DNA of 64,000 nt, from NCBI GenBank assembly GCA_002269645.1, contig NIVC01000276.1, positions 186,001-250,000 of the forward strand, in the 5' to 3' direction. Under the pieces are notes generated by a model. It saw nothing but the letters and a program-made list of their open reading frames with translations, ran no database searches and was not told the DNA's origin. Positions within the stretch are counted from its first letter, which is position 1. Every line of letters begins with the position of its first letter. Below are positions 14,037 through 31,000 of this stretch, in pieces. Position numbers and translations under genes: made by a program. Source of the DNA: Macrostomum lignano. Taxonomy: Eukaryota.

Positions 14037-14890
14037 TAATCTGGCGCCATTTAGTAGCTCAATCTGGCGCCATTTAGTAACTCAACCTGGCGCCATTTAG
14101 TAGCTCAATCTGGCGCCATTTAGTAACTCAATCTGGCGCCATTTAGTAACTCAATCTGGCTCTATTTAGTAACTTAATCTGGCGCCATTCAATAACTCAA
14201 TCGGGCGCCGTTTAGTAACTCAATCTGGCGCCGTTTAGTAACTCAATCTGGCGCCGTTTAGTAACTCAATCTGGCGCCATTTAGTAACTCAATCTGGCGC
14301 CATTTAGTTAATCAATCTGGCGCTGTTTAGTAACTCAATCTGGCGACATTAAGTTAATCAATCTGGCGCCATTTTGTAACTCAATCTGGCGCCGTTTAGT
14401 AACTCAATCTGGCGACATTTAGTTAATCAATCTGGCGCTATTTGGTAACTCAATCTGGCGCCGTTTAGTAACTCTATGTGTTGCCATTTAGTTACTCAAT
14501 CTGGCGCCATTTAGTAGCTCAATCTGGCGCCATTTAGTAACTCAACTTGGCGCCATTTAGTAGCTCAATCTGGCGCCATTTAGTAACTCAATCTGGCTCT
14601 ATTTAGTAACTTAATCTGGCGCCATTCAATAACTCAATCGGGCGCCGTTTAGTAACTCAATCTGGCGCCGTTTAGTAACTCAATCTGGCGACATTTAGTT
14701 AATCAATCTGGCGCCGTTTAGTAACTCAATCTGGCGCCGTTTAGTAACTCTATGTGTTGCCATTTAGTTGCTCAATCTGGCGCCATTTGGTAACTTAATC
14801 TGACGCCATTTAGTAACTCAATCTGGCGCCATTTAGTAACTCAATCTGGCGCCAATTAGTTACTCAATCTGGCGCCATTTGGTAGCTTAA
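14037..14890. repeat. 23-bp minisatellite (TCTGGCGCCATTTAGTAACTCAA)n
   Basis: Direct periodicity downstream of the unc-79 stop. Confidence 0.95.
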
Positions 14891-15477
14891 AATCTTGCGC
14901 TACGTTACACTCATGTCGTAACTCAGCTTTTTTCGTGTTTAATAGCAATTCAAGAACTGATTTATCAAATATTAAATTTGGTATTTTGGCACATTTTCAC
15001 AGTTACTTCTTTTGCTTTATTAATATTTTTAATTAGATTATAGATTTTGTGTATTTAGAATACGAATAAATTCTAGTCAATGTCTGTTTGACTTGCTTTA
15101 ACCATTGCAATCATAGTATTTTGTTGTTATCTATAGAATTGCGTCATTCACCCCACGAGGCTTGGTTTATGATAATCTTTTATTAATTAGACGTTTAGTA
15201 TTTTGCTGCTTTTGCTCCATTTAAATATCCCGTCGCTTTGTGTAGACTGGATTGCAATTTGCAGTCATAAGTTTTCACCGTACCTCTGAAGCTTGTATCC
15301 ACGATCTATTACACACAGGTGTACTGCTTACGTGTAACTCTCTAGTCCTAAACAACTGTTTTTGCCCTTTTGTGATGGAAGTATATCCATTTTTATGTGA
15401 CATATGCCGCTTTATTTGGCTTGAAGTTATTGGCTTGATCACCCTAAAGCTGCTTTCATTTCTAGGTACAATTGCAG

Positions 15478-16275
15478 TGGGTGAAGGGGTTAAGGATGGG
15501 GTGGGTGTAGAGGTTAGGGATTGGGTGAGGGAGTTAGGGATGAGGTGAGTGGGTTAGGGATGGGGTGGGTGTAGAGGTTCGGGATTGGGTGAGGGAGTTA
15601 GGGATGAGGTGAGGGGGTTAGGGATGGGGTGGGTGTAGAGGTTAGGGATTGGGTGAGGGAGTTAGGGATGAGGTGAGGGGGTTAGGGATGGGGTGGGTGT
15701 AGAGGTTCGGGATTGGGTGAGGGAGTTAGGGATGAGGTGAGGGGGTTAGGGATGGGGTGGGTGTAGAGGTTCGGGATTGGGTGAGGGAGTTAGGGATGAG
15801 GTGAGGGGGTTAGGGATGGGGTGGGTGTAGAGGTTAGGGATTGGGTGAGGGAGTTAGGGATGAGGTGAGGGGGTTAGGGATGGGGTGGGTGTAGAGGTTC
15901 GGGATTGGGTGAGGGAGTTAGGGATGAGGTGAGGGGGTTAGGGATGGGGTGGGTGTAGAGGTTCGGGATTGGGTGATGAGGTTAGGGATGTGGTGAAGGG
16001 GTTCGGGATGGGATGAGGGGTTCGGGATGGGGGAAGAGGTTAGGGATGGGGTGAGGGGGTTAAGGATGGGGTGAGGGAGTTAGGGATGGGGTGAGGAGTG
16101 GGGTGGGGGAAGAGGTTAGGGATTGGATGAGGGGGGTAGGGATGGGGTGAGGGGGGTAGGGATGGGATGAGGGGGTAAGGGATGGGTGAGGAGTGGGGTG
16201 GGTGAAGAGGTTATTGATTGGGTGAGGTGGTTAGGATGGGGTGAGGAGTGTGGTGGGTGAAGAGGTTATTGATTG
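15478..16275. repeat. G-rich 64-bp higher-order repeat built from three ~21-bp subunits, each with a TTAGGG or TTCGGG hexamer
   Basis: TGAGGTGAG recurs every 64 bp (15541, 15605...); the array decays after ~15975. Confidence 0.9.
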
Positions 16276-16438
16276 GCTGAGTAGTGAATTCATAAGAATT
16301 TATAAGAATAAGGTTTGATATGAATTCAAATTTAGATACTCCTAAACAGTTTTCTGCTTATGCTGCATAAATAAATTTGACCTTTTTTGCGACTGTGCAA
16401 TCTACATTCTGAATCTCTTTAACTTAACAACACAAGCC

Positions 16439-20519
<4,081 letters not shown>

Positions 20520-20754
20520 GGCCTCAAGGAGTGAAGAGAGAGAGGAAGGCGGGATCGCTCCACTGACTTTATGACTGTGTTTGAACGCTAAGGTCTAGCG
20601 GGTATCGACCTTTAATTGTTAATTTGGTTCTTCGTTTTTTAAAAGAGGAGTTTTCCCGAGTATTTTTAAGAATTTCTCAAAGATTTTTTAAAACTTTCTT
20701 GAGGATTTACAAAGGAGTTTCTAAGGGTTTCTTAAGAATTTCTATCAAGTATTC

Positions 20755-20910
20755 CCCAAGGATTTTCCAAGGATTTCTCAAGGATTTTCCAAGGATTTCC
20801 CAAGGATTTCCCAAGGAATTTCTAACGGTTTCCTAAGGATTTCCCAAGGATTTCCCAAGGAATTTCTAACGGTTTCCTAAGGATTTCCCAAGGATTTCCC
20901 GAGGGTTTCC
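20755..20910. repeat. Degenerate 11-bp repeat (CCAAGGATTTC)n
   Basis: Direct inspection, in the 3' flank of the SLC3A2-like gene. Confidence 0.8.
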
Positions 20911-21697
20911 TAAAAATTTTTTCGGGACTCGGTTAGTTTGTAAGAGTTTTGTATGAATTTGCAATATATGATGCCATTTCTCTTATAGTCTTAAAAGATT
21001 CGAGAGAGCTAACGAAATGCGAAGGATCAGAGCGATCTGCCAGCCGTCCCCCCTTCTCTAACTTCTTACTAAAGCTAAAGGCACGATTTGCGATGGCGGC
21101 ACTGCAGAAAGAAAGTTATCGATATTTATTATATACTGTTTTGTTAGTAGTATGAGTAGCAAATCAAGCAATTTTTTTCTCATTTTTTTCTGTTTACATT
21201 ATTAAGAGTCAATTCTTTTTTACAACCGACTCAAAGCAATATTTTAATAGTTAATTGCAGCAGAATCTCAGTGCAATACTTTAGTCTCTAGCTAGCAATA
21301 GTGAGTTGTGATTGATCTCATGGGCAGGTTTAACTGCTCAAATTTCCATCTCTATGCTTAAACCAACTGGTGAACATGGCCGCCCCTCGCTGCTGGCAAT
21401 TCCATCTTTGTGATTAAGAAAAAAATAGTACACAGCGTAATTTTGAAAAATTATCCACTCTGTTGATTTTTTCAACGTGGATTCAAATGTACTGGTTTTT
21501 GTGTTCGATCTTTTAAAAACCTTTGTTTAGCTTGCAGTGGCCGTAGGCAGTGAGGCAGGCTTTAAGACTAAAAATTGAATACAATAGAAATCAAAGTGCA
21601 GAGTAACTTAGATGACCTACTGTTATATACGAAATTGCCTACTTTGACGAGTAGCCAGATGAGTAACTGAGACTCTGAGGGGTTGCAGCGGGAGCGC

Positions 21698-21901
21698 GAG
21701 AATTTCCCGCAGGAAGTTTTCCTCTTCGAGGTTTTCCCACGCGAGCTTTTCCTGCAGTGGGGTTTCCCCGCAGGAGGTTTTCCCGCAGGAGGTTTTCCCG
21801 CAAGAGATTTCCGCGCCCAGATTTCCCCGCCCAGATTTACCCGACAGAGGAAAAACCCTGCGGTAAAACCTCGGCGGGAAAACTTCCTGCGGGAAATTCT
21901 C
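21698..21901. mobile_element. MITE-like hairpin element with 25-bp perfect terminal inverted repeats
   Basis: GAGAATTTCCCGCAGGAAGTTTTCC at 21698 and its exact reverse complement ending at 21901; imperfect pairing continues inward. No TSD is evident. Confidence 0.7.
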
Positions 21902-21911
21902 ATAGATCCGC

Positions 21912-21972
21912 TGCGGCCTAGTGGTCAGAGCGTCGAACTCACGACTCAAAGCAATTTGTGTCCTTGAGCAGG
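21912..21972 (+). mobile_element. Internally deleted tRNA-derived SINE fragment (same family as 41562-41880)
   Basis: GCGGCCTAGTGGTCAGAGCGTCGAACTCACGACTC...CAATTTGTGTCCTTGAGCA matches the head and core of the SINE at 41.6 kb. Confidence 0.7.
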
Positions 21973-22078
21973 ATAAGTTGAAGATAAGAAATCCCTGTTG
22001 TACTCATGGTATTCTCAAGTCGCCAGCGCTCCCTCTTCTTCAGCTGCACAGATTCTCTTAGCGCCACACCTGGTTGCC

Positions 22079-25000
22079 ATGACAACAGCAGCAAATTTGG
22101 CGGCCCCTGGTGGCCACGGCATCGTGTCGCTGAGCAGCGGCCGCTACTCGCCCCGCTACAAGGCCATCAGCGGGGCCGCCGCCTTCGACATTGCCTCGGT
22201 CGGCCAGCACAATCCGCATCTTCAACAGCAGTTCGTCGGCGACTGGGGGCCGCAGGGCCTCCTGGCTGTTGCCAACGGCCCGGCCGTGCTCATCCTGGAG
22301 CCGGAAACCGTCCAGGTGGTGCAAACTTTGCTGCCCACGCTGCCGGAGCCTGCGTCAGCTTCGGCGGCTTCAGCAGCAGCCGCGGCCGCAGCCCTGACCT
22401 CGCCGGTGTCCCGCGCGCGCTGGGCGCCGCCACCGCCCGGTCGCTGGTCGGCCCGCCTGGCTGTCGGGCACGTCAACGGCCGTCTGCTGGCCTGGGACGC
22501 TCTGGACGGCCGGGTGTCGGCCGAAATGCAGGCGCCGGCCGGGCTGTCCGGCCGCCACAGTCTGGCCGATGCGGACTGGCCGAGCCCGGAGCTCCTGCTG
22601 GGCCTCCTGCTGCCGGCGTCTTCGGCGGCAGCGGCCGCGGCGGCGGCGTTGGGGGCTTCGTCGGCCAACTCGGCCGGATCATCGGGTTCGGCGACGGCGT
22701 CGGCTGGTTTGGCGGCCGGCGGCGAGCTGGCGCTGTGGAATTCCGACACCGGCGCGCTGCTGTGGCGCCGCTCCGTGGCAACATCGGGCGCCGTCCCAGA
22801 CTCCGTGTTTGGCGGCGGCAGTCTCTGCCTCGACCCGTTCGATCGGAGCCACTGCCTGGTGTTCCTGAGGTCCGACCCGACCTGCGTGCTCTTCTTCAGC
22901 GACTTGACGCCTGACAGGTGCGCTGGGAGATGCGGCTGGTTCGATGGCAGTTTGAGCTGCAGTGTTGGGTTTGGGTTTTGGGTTTGGGTTTGGGTTTGGG
23001 TTTGGGTTTTGGGTTTGGGTTTGGGTTTGGGTTTGGGTTTGGGGTTTGGGTTTGGGTTTGGGTTTGGGTTTGGGTTTGGGTTTGGGTTAGGGTTTGGGTT
23101 TGGGTTTTGGGTTGGGTTTGGGTTTTGGATCGGCAGTCTGTCACATCTTATGAATCCGACAGAGCAGCAAGTGTCAATATCGCTCTATTATAAAACTCGC
23201 ATCCTTCAATTCTTCATCTTTGCTCCGATCTCCGCCCCTGCCAGAGAGCCCTCAGGCGACGCCAAGCGGCTCAATCTGCACGGCCCGACGTCCACCTCGT
23301 CGACGACCGGCTCGGGCGGCATTCCCCGCTCGGTGTCCACCTATTCGGAGCGGGAACGCAGTCAGGCGATGCGGCTGCTGCACATGACCGCCGGCCTGGT
23401 GTCTCCTGGCGGCGGCGGCCAGCAGCAGCAACAGCAGGGGGGTCATCAGGCTCATCCCGGCAAGGATGCTCAGAGCTTTGAGCAGCAGCCCTGCTTGCAG
23501 GTGTGTTTTTTTACTATATGGCGCCCTCAGTATGGCGCCCTCAGTATGGCCCACAGGCGTGTACTGAATACACTGGCGCTTATAGGAAAAATCCGACCTT
23601 CTGGTAGAATCGTTGAATATCTCGACGTTCCGGAGGACTGACGACTTAATTCTTGCTTGAGAAGGTGCGCAACAGCCAATAGGTCCGTGTTCTTGAATTG
23701 CAGCGTGCACCTTAGTATAGCTCTAATGTTAATCAAGTAAAAATATGATGGATAGAGCGGGGCTCGAAGCCGCGACCTCCAGATCTTAAATCTGGCGCTC
23801 TACCAACTGAGCTATCCGCCCTTCATGTTTTTCGTCGCTTTAATACTATTTAACTGTGGAAGGAAAAGTTTCGGAAATTCCGACCTCCTGGTTGGAAATT
23901 CCGAGTTCCTAGTTGGAAATTCCGAGTTCCTAGTTGGAAATTCCGACTTCCTTCTTTTCTACAGTTAAATACTATTAAAATGACGAAAAATAACTGGGCA
24001 GGTAGCGCAGTTGGTAGAGCGCCGGATTTATAATCTGGTGGTCGCGGGTTCGAACCCCGTTCTGTCCATCACAATTTTTACCTTTTACTCAGTGTCCTTC
24101 GTCGTTCGTTTGTTCGCAGCGATGGGATTTTAGCAGTTTAGAGCTCATAAAATTGAAAATGAGGGATTCGAATGCGTGAAGTTTAGGGAATGTCACGGCA
24201 GCTATTCATAGCAATGTCACTTGCTATTTCTGTCAGGTGACCTATCACAGAGCCCGCCGCAATCACGTGATCGCCGTGTACAGTCGGGAGATTGTCCTGA
24301 TCGATCTGCTCATCAACCAGCCGGTGGCGTCCATCGCCTTGGAGCGCAGCGCCGCCGGCTTCCTTCGGGTGCACAGCTGCGCCCACCGGGACCTGCTGGC
24401 CTGCCTGCAGGAGACAGGCGCCGTCAGCCTGCGCCTGCGCCGGCCCGGCTGCGACGAGTTCGACTGCGTGGCTCAGACTGACTCGTTCAAGGTGTGCAGG
24501 GGCGCTGGCGACCGGCTTTTCATGATCCCTTTGCGGTCCCTTCATGATCCCTTTGCGGTCCCTTCATGGTCCCTTTGCGGTCCCTTCATGATCCCTTTGC
24601 GGTCCCTTCATGATCCCTTTGCGGTCCCTTCATGATCCCTTTGCGGTCCCTTCATGATCCCTTTGCGGTCCCTTCATGATCCCTTTGCGGTCCCTTCATG
24701 ATCCCTTTGCGGTCCCTTCATGATCCCTTTGCGGTCCCTTCATGATCCCTTCTTGTCCTTTTATGATCCCTTTGCGGTCCCTTCATGATCCCTTCTTGTC
24801 CTTTTATGATCCCTTTGCGGTCCCTTCATGATCCCTTCTTGTCCTTTTATGATCCCTTCATGATCCCTTCATGATCCCTTTATGATCCCTTCATGAACCC
24901 TTCACGGTCCCTTCTCATCTCGTTACCTCACTCACTCACTCACTCACTCACTCACTTACTCACTCACTCACTCACTCACTCACTTACTCATTCACTCACT

Positions 25001-28000
25001 TACTCACTCACTCGCTCACTCATTCACTCACTCACTCACTCACTCACTCACTCACTCACTCACTCACTCACTCACTCACTCACTCACTCACTCACTCATT
25101 CACTCACTCACTCACTCACTCACTCACTCACTCACTCAATCACTCACTCACTCACTCACTCACTCACTCACTCACTCACTCACTCACTCACTCACTCACT
25201 CACTCACTCACTCACTCACTGAGCAGCTCATCCCCGCCCCTGCCGCAGGTAACCCGGCACTGCGGGCTGGCTGATGTGTGCCTGGACCCGCTGCTCGAGA
25301 CCCGGCTGGCTCTGGCCACCACCGACGGCCGGGTGGCCTTCTGGGAGCTGACGGCCCAGCCCGCCGCCCGCCGTCTGCAGCAGCAGGGCGAGCCGCCCTC
25401 GGAGCCGTCCGGCATCGCCGGAGTCATCAGCGCTGCCGGTGGCACCGCCAAGGAGCCGCCGCCGGCCGTCTTAGCGCCAACTGACGCGACTTACAGGCGC
25501 GCCATCTGGGGCTGCCTGGCGCCGGAGTCGGCGGCTGCGGCTGCAGCAGCGGCGGCGGAATCTGAAGATGTCGCCAAGGAGGCGGTGGAGCCGCGGACCC
25601 AGCCGGCGCAGCTGAAGATGCTGATGACGGGGCTGCACAGCGGGATCTGCCCGGCTCCGTGCGCCGTGTCCATGTGCCCGCCGTTGAAGACCCGGACGGT
25701 GCACACCTACCGGCCTCTGCTAGCCGTAGGCAGCTCGCGCGGCCTCTTGCAGATTGTTGACATTAACTACGGCCGTGTTGTCAAGGAGCTATCGGTGCTG
25801 AATGTGCCGGTTGCTGGCATCCGGTGGTGCGGCCAGGACTCGCTGGTGCTGCACGGCAGCGACCAGCCCAACTCTGCTGGGCAGGTGAGCCTGTCAGCTG
25901 TTGAGCTACTGTTGTAGATATTCCTACCTGTGATGATTGGTGCTGCACCTGTGTGATGATTGCTGCTGCACCTGTGTGATGATTGGTGCTGCACCTGTGT
26001 GATGATTGGTGCTGCACCTGTGTGATGATTGGTGCACCTGTGTGATGATTGGTGCTGCACCTGTGTGATGATTGCTGCTGCACCTGTGTGATGATTGGTG
26101 CACCTGTGTGATGATTGGTGCTGCACCTGTGTGATGATTGGTGCACCTGTGTGATGATTGGTGCTGCACCTGTGTGATGATTGCTGCTGCACCTGTGTGA
26201 TGATTGCTGCACCTGTGTGATGATTGGTGCTGCACCTGTGTGATGATTGGTGCTGCACCTGTGTGATGATTGGTGCTGCACCTGTGTGATGATTGGTGCT
26301 GCACCTGTGTGATGATTGGTGCTGCACCTGTGTGATGATTGATGCTGCACCTGTGTGATGATTGGTGCTGCACCTGTGTGATGATTGCTGCTGCACCTGT
26401 GTGATGATTGGTGCTGCACCTGTGTGATGATTGGTGCTGCACCTGTGTGATGATTGGTGCTGCACCTGTGTGATGATTGGTGCTGCACCTGTGTGATGAT
26501 TGCTGCTGCACCTGTGTGATGATTGCTGCTGCACCTGTGTGATGATTGCTGCTGCACCTGTGCCATTTCGACATTTTTCTCAAAGGAAATCATTTTACTT
26601 TTTTCAAGGCCCGAAACGAAGCCGCTTTCGTGGACCTGGCAACCGGGGCCGTGCACTTCTTCCGCGACGGACGGGACCGCGAGAGTCCACTCGAGTTGTT
26701 GGAGGTCTCCCCGGCAAGGTCTGTATTGGGGACTGGTTCTGTAACAGGTTCTGTAACAGGCTCTGTAACAGGTTCTGTAACAGGCTCTGTAACAGGTTCT
26801 GTAACAGGTTTTGTAACAGGCGGGCTGAACTCTCCTTTCCAGAGAGCATTATAGCTGCTGGCGACACTGGGGGACCTCCCTGGGCGGCGCCAACCCTCCG
26901 TCCATAGCGACGCGTCGGCCGTTCAGGGACTAGCGAAATGGGCGCTCGCGCCTTCCCTCTGTGTCCCCTCCGGGACAGCCCTTTTTTATTTTTTATTAGA
27001 GGCAGGGGGGTTGTGTGCACCCTGGCGCACTTTAAGCGACATAGGCACACAACCGGCGAGAGGCATTACTGCCCATTCCGCCGACTCCCCTGAGCAGGCA
27101 TACAAGCGCGCGGATACGTACGCAGGCACACACTCACACAGGAGTGTACAGCGGCCCTAACTTTATATTATCGTTAGGCATGTACACTTCACTGCGCCTT
27201 GGGGGTTGGCTCTCAAGGCCGTTAATTGCACGAGCAGAGCCAAGCCGAGATTCCAATTCAGCCCCAAATTAATGTGACTGCACTTGGAATCGAGCCTGGG
27301 TCGCTGGCACACCAGAGCAGCTGCGCTACCGCTGGGCTACGGCCCCCCTCCGGGACAGCCCTGCAGCTAAGTCAAGTCAAGTAACAGGCTCTGTAACAGG
27401 TTCTGTAACAGGTTTTGTAACAGGCTCTGTAACAGGCTCTGTAACAGGTTCTGTAACAGGTTTTGTAACAGGCTCTGTAACAGGTTCTGTAACAGGTTTT
27501 GTAACAGGCTCTGTAACAGGTTCTGTAACAGGTTTTGTAACAGGCTCTGTAACAGGTTCTGTAACAGGCTCTGTAACTAGTTATGTAACAGGCTCTGTAA
27601 CAGGTTCTGTAACAGGTTCTGTAACAGGTTCTGTAAATAGTTATGTAACAGGCTCTGTAACAGGTTCTGTAATATGTTCTGTAGCAGATTCTGTAACAGG
27701 TTCTGTAAAAGGTTCTGTAACAGTTTCTGTAATATGCTCTGTAACAGGTTCTGTAATATGTTCTATAGCAGGTTCTGTAGCAGGCTCTGTAAAAGGTTCT
27801 GTAACAGTTTCTGTAATATGCTCTGTAACAGGTTGTGTAACAACATTTTCAGCCAGAATCATGCTTATAAAACTCTTCTCAATGCCACCTACTCAAAAAT
27901 GATCCCCAGGCAATACCTGGCGCTGGGATTTCGCGACAAGCCGGCCGAGATCTGGGATCTGCGCTCCCTCGCCCTCATCGGCGAGCTGCCCGCCCGCTTC

Positions 28001-31000
28001 CCCCGCCCCATCGCCCTGGAATGGGGCGGCTCGGCATCGGCCGCCCAGCGGGCCACCGCCAGAAAGATCGGCGTCCGCTCGCACCTGGCCGCCGACGACC
28101 CGGCCGCTCTCCGGACAGACGCAGCGGCCGCCTTCCCCACCGACTGCGCGTTGCCAGCTGGGCAGTTCGCCAGGGAGAACTTCGTCATGTTCGACCAGGA
28201 AGGCCACATGACCCTGGTCAGCGTTGAGGGCTCCATCATCCGGGAGGTGTCCCGGCTGCCTCCGGACACGGCCCTCAGCCGGGTGTCCGCCGTGGTCTGG
28301 AAGGCGGACATGATGGTCATCGGTGACACGGACGGCGGCCTGGCCCTCTGGGATCTCAAGAGTAAAACATCGCGCAGCGTGGCCACTCAGCGGGGCTGCG
28401 TCAGGCGGCTCAAGTTCGCGCCCGGCTCCGGTGAGTCTGGGGATGTGGAGGGCGGGGGAGAGGGCGGAGGCGGATAAGAAGCAGAGAAGAAGGCGGATAA
28501 GAAGGCGGATAAGAAGCAGAGAAGAAGGCGGAGAAGGCGGAGGAGAGGGCGGAGAAGAAAGCGGAGGAGAGGGCGGAGAAGAAGACGGCTAAGAAGGCGG
28601 ATAAGAAGGCGGAGAAGAGGGCGGAGAAGAGGGCGGAGGAGAGGGCGGAGAAGAGGGCGGAGAAGAGGGCGGAGAAGAGGGCGGAGAAGAGGGCGGAGAA
28701 GAGGGCAGAGCAGAGGGCGGAGGAGAGGGCGGAGAAGAAGGTGGAGGAGAGGGCGGAGAAGAAGGTGGAGGAGAGGGCGGAGGAGAGGGCGGAGGAGAGG
28801 GCGGAGGAGAGGGCAGAGGAGAGGGCGGAGAAGAAGGTGGAGGAGAGGGCGGAGGAGAGGGCAGAGGAGAGGGCGGAGGAGAGGGCGGAGAAGAAGGTGG
28901 AGGAGAGGGCAGAGGAGAGGGCGGAGAAGAAGGTGGAGGAGAGGGCGGAGGAGAGGGTGGAGGAGAGGGCGGAGGAGAGGGCGGAGGAGAGGGCAGAGGA
29001 GAGGGCGGAGAAGAAGGTGGAGGAGAGGGCGGAGGAGAGGGCGGAGGAGAGGGCGGAGGAGAGGGCAGAGGAGAGGGCGGAGAAGAAGGTGGAGGAGAGG
29101 GCGGAGGAGAGGGTGGAGGAGAGGGCGGAGGAGAGGGCAGAGGAGAGGGCGGAGAAGAAGGTGGAGGAGAGGGCGGAGGAGAGGGCGGAGGAGAGGGCGG
29201 AGGAGAGGGCAGAGGAGAGGGCGGAGGAGAGGGCGGAGGAGAGGGCAGAGGAGAGGGCGGAGAAGAAGGTGGAGGAGAGGGCGGAGGAGAGGGTGGAGGA
29301 GAGGGCGGAGGAGAGGGCGGAGGAGAGGGCGGAGAAGAAGGTGGAGGAGAGGGCGGAGGAGAGGGTGGAGGAGAGGGCGGAGGAGAGGGCCGAGGGGAAG
29401 GCGGAAGAGATGGAAGAAGAAAGAGAGAAGAGGTCGGTGGAAGAGAGGGTAGCAGAGCGAACAGCCGCATTGGCAAGGCGGTTGAGTTCAGTAGCAACCA
29501 ACCCTCGCCCGTCGAAGGCAACTACAAATTCCTGGTGCTGTTTCCCAACGGCCTGGAGCTGTGGGACGCCCGCGACACCGCCACGAAGCTGACAGCCATG
29601 GCCAGCGCGCGCTGCCCCCGCCACCTGCCGGACCTGCTGGATGCCGACTGGGCCGCCTCCGACAAGCCGCTGCTGCTCACGGCCGACTGGCTAATCCGCG
29701 TCACCGACATGTCGCTGCGGATCTGCCTGTCCCCCGCGGACCCGGCGGCTTTCCAGCGGCCACCAGCGATTCCCGGATTGTTTTCCGACAAGGCCGTCCG
29801 CCTGGCCAAGCACCGCCTGCTGACGGCCGACGGCGGGGCGGAGGCCGGCGACGCCGAGGATGACGAGGCTCGGGAACTGCTGCGCCGCTTCGATCCGGAC
29901 TGGCTGGCCGAGCTGGCGGCGCCGGGCCTGAGCACTGCAGACCGAAGCCTACTCACCGCCATGCTGTTCTGCGACCCCTTCGAGGTGAGTGTGATCCCCA
30001 TTCTCCCCGTGTGATCCCCATTCTCCTTGTGTGATCCCCATTCTCTCCGTGTGATCCCAATTCTCTCAGTGTGATCCCCATTCTCTCCGTGTGATCCCCA
30101 TTCTCTCCGTGTGATCCCCATTCTCTCCGTGTGATCCCCATTCTCCTTGTGTGATCCTCATTCTCCCCGTGTGATCCCCATTCTCCCCGTGTGATCCCCA
30201 TTCTCTTTGTGTGATCCCCATTCTCCTTGTGTGATCCCCATTCTCCCCGTGTGATCACTGTTCTCCCCGTGTGATCCCTGTTCTCCCCGTGTGATCCCTG
30301 TTCTCCCCGTGTGATCCCTGTTCTCCCCGTGTGATCCCTGTTCTCCTCGTGTGATCCCTATTCTCATTTTTTGATCCCTATTCTCCTTGTGTCATCCTCA
30401 TTCTCCCTGTGTGATCACTGTTCTCCCCCGTGTGATCCCCGTTCTTCTTCGGCTCTAGCCCCTTCACCCCCCCCCCGCCATCGCCAGGTCCGCTTCTGGC
30501 TGCTCTGCCGGCGCTTCCTGCCGCAGTCAGCCGACCCGAGCGCCGAGCTGGAGGCCGGCTGGGACTCGCTCAGCCCGCACCCGGTGTACCGGCGCTGGCA
30601 GGCCCGCCGGCTCGCCTGTCTGCTCGGCCGCAGGCGCCGGCTCAGCCCGCAGCAGACGCAGCGGCTGGTGGAGTGCCTGGTGCTGTTCGGCCAGCTGGAC
30701 AAGGCCGTCCAGCTGCTGCTGGAGACCGAGCCCGCCAGCCCGTCCTACCTGGCCGACCTGCACCTGGCCTGCCTGCTGGCCAACCAGCCGGCGTCGCCCA
30801 ACGCGCAGAGCACCGTGAAGCTCGTGGCCACCAGCCTGATGGCCAACGGGCGCGTGTCCGAGGGCGCCCAGCTTCTGTGCCTCATCGACCGCAAGCTGGA
30901 CGCCTGCCGCTACTTGGAGCAGCACGGCGAGCGCAGCACGGCCCTTTGGCTAGCCAAGTGCAGTCTTCGCGACCCGGCCGAAGCGGCCGAGATTGTCCGA

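Noticed and set aside
22965-23128. (TTTGGG)n as a true telomere or chromosome-fusion scar
   Set aside because: Short, lies within an intact WDR11 intron, and is not the TTAGGG repeat expected for most animals.
23873-23946. GGAAATTCC repeats as NF-kB sites
   Set aside because: One mismatch to the kB consensus and explained as the tandem core of the palindromic element.
28431-29517. Extensin-like SPPP and AEER coiled-coil ORFs
   Set aside because: Purine-rich intronic repeat of WDR11 intron 6.
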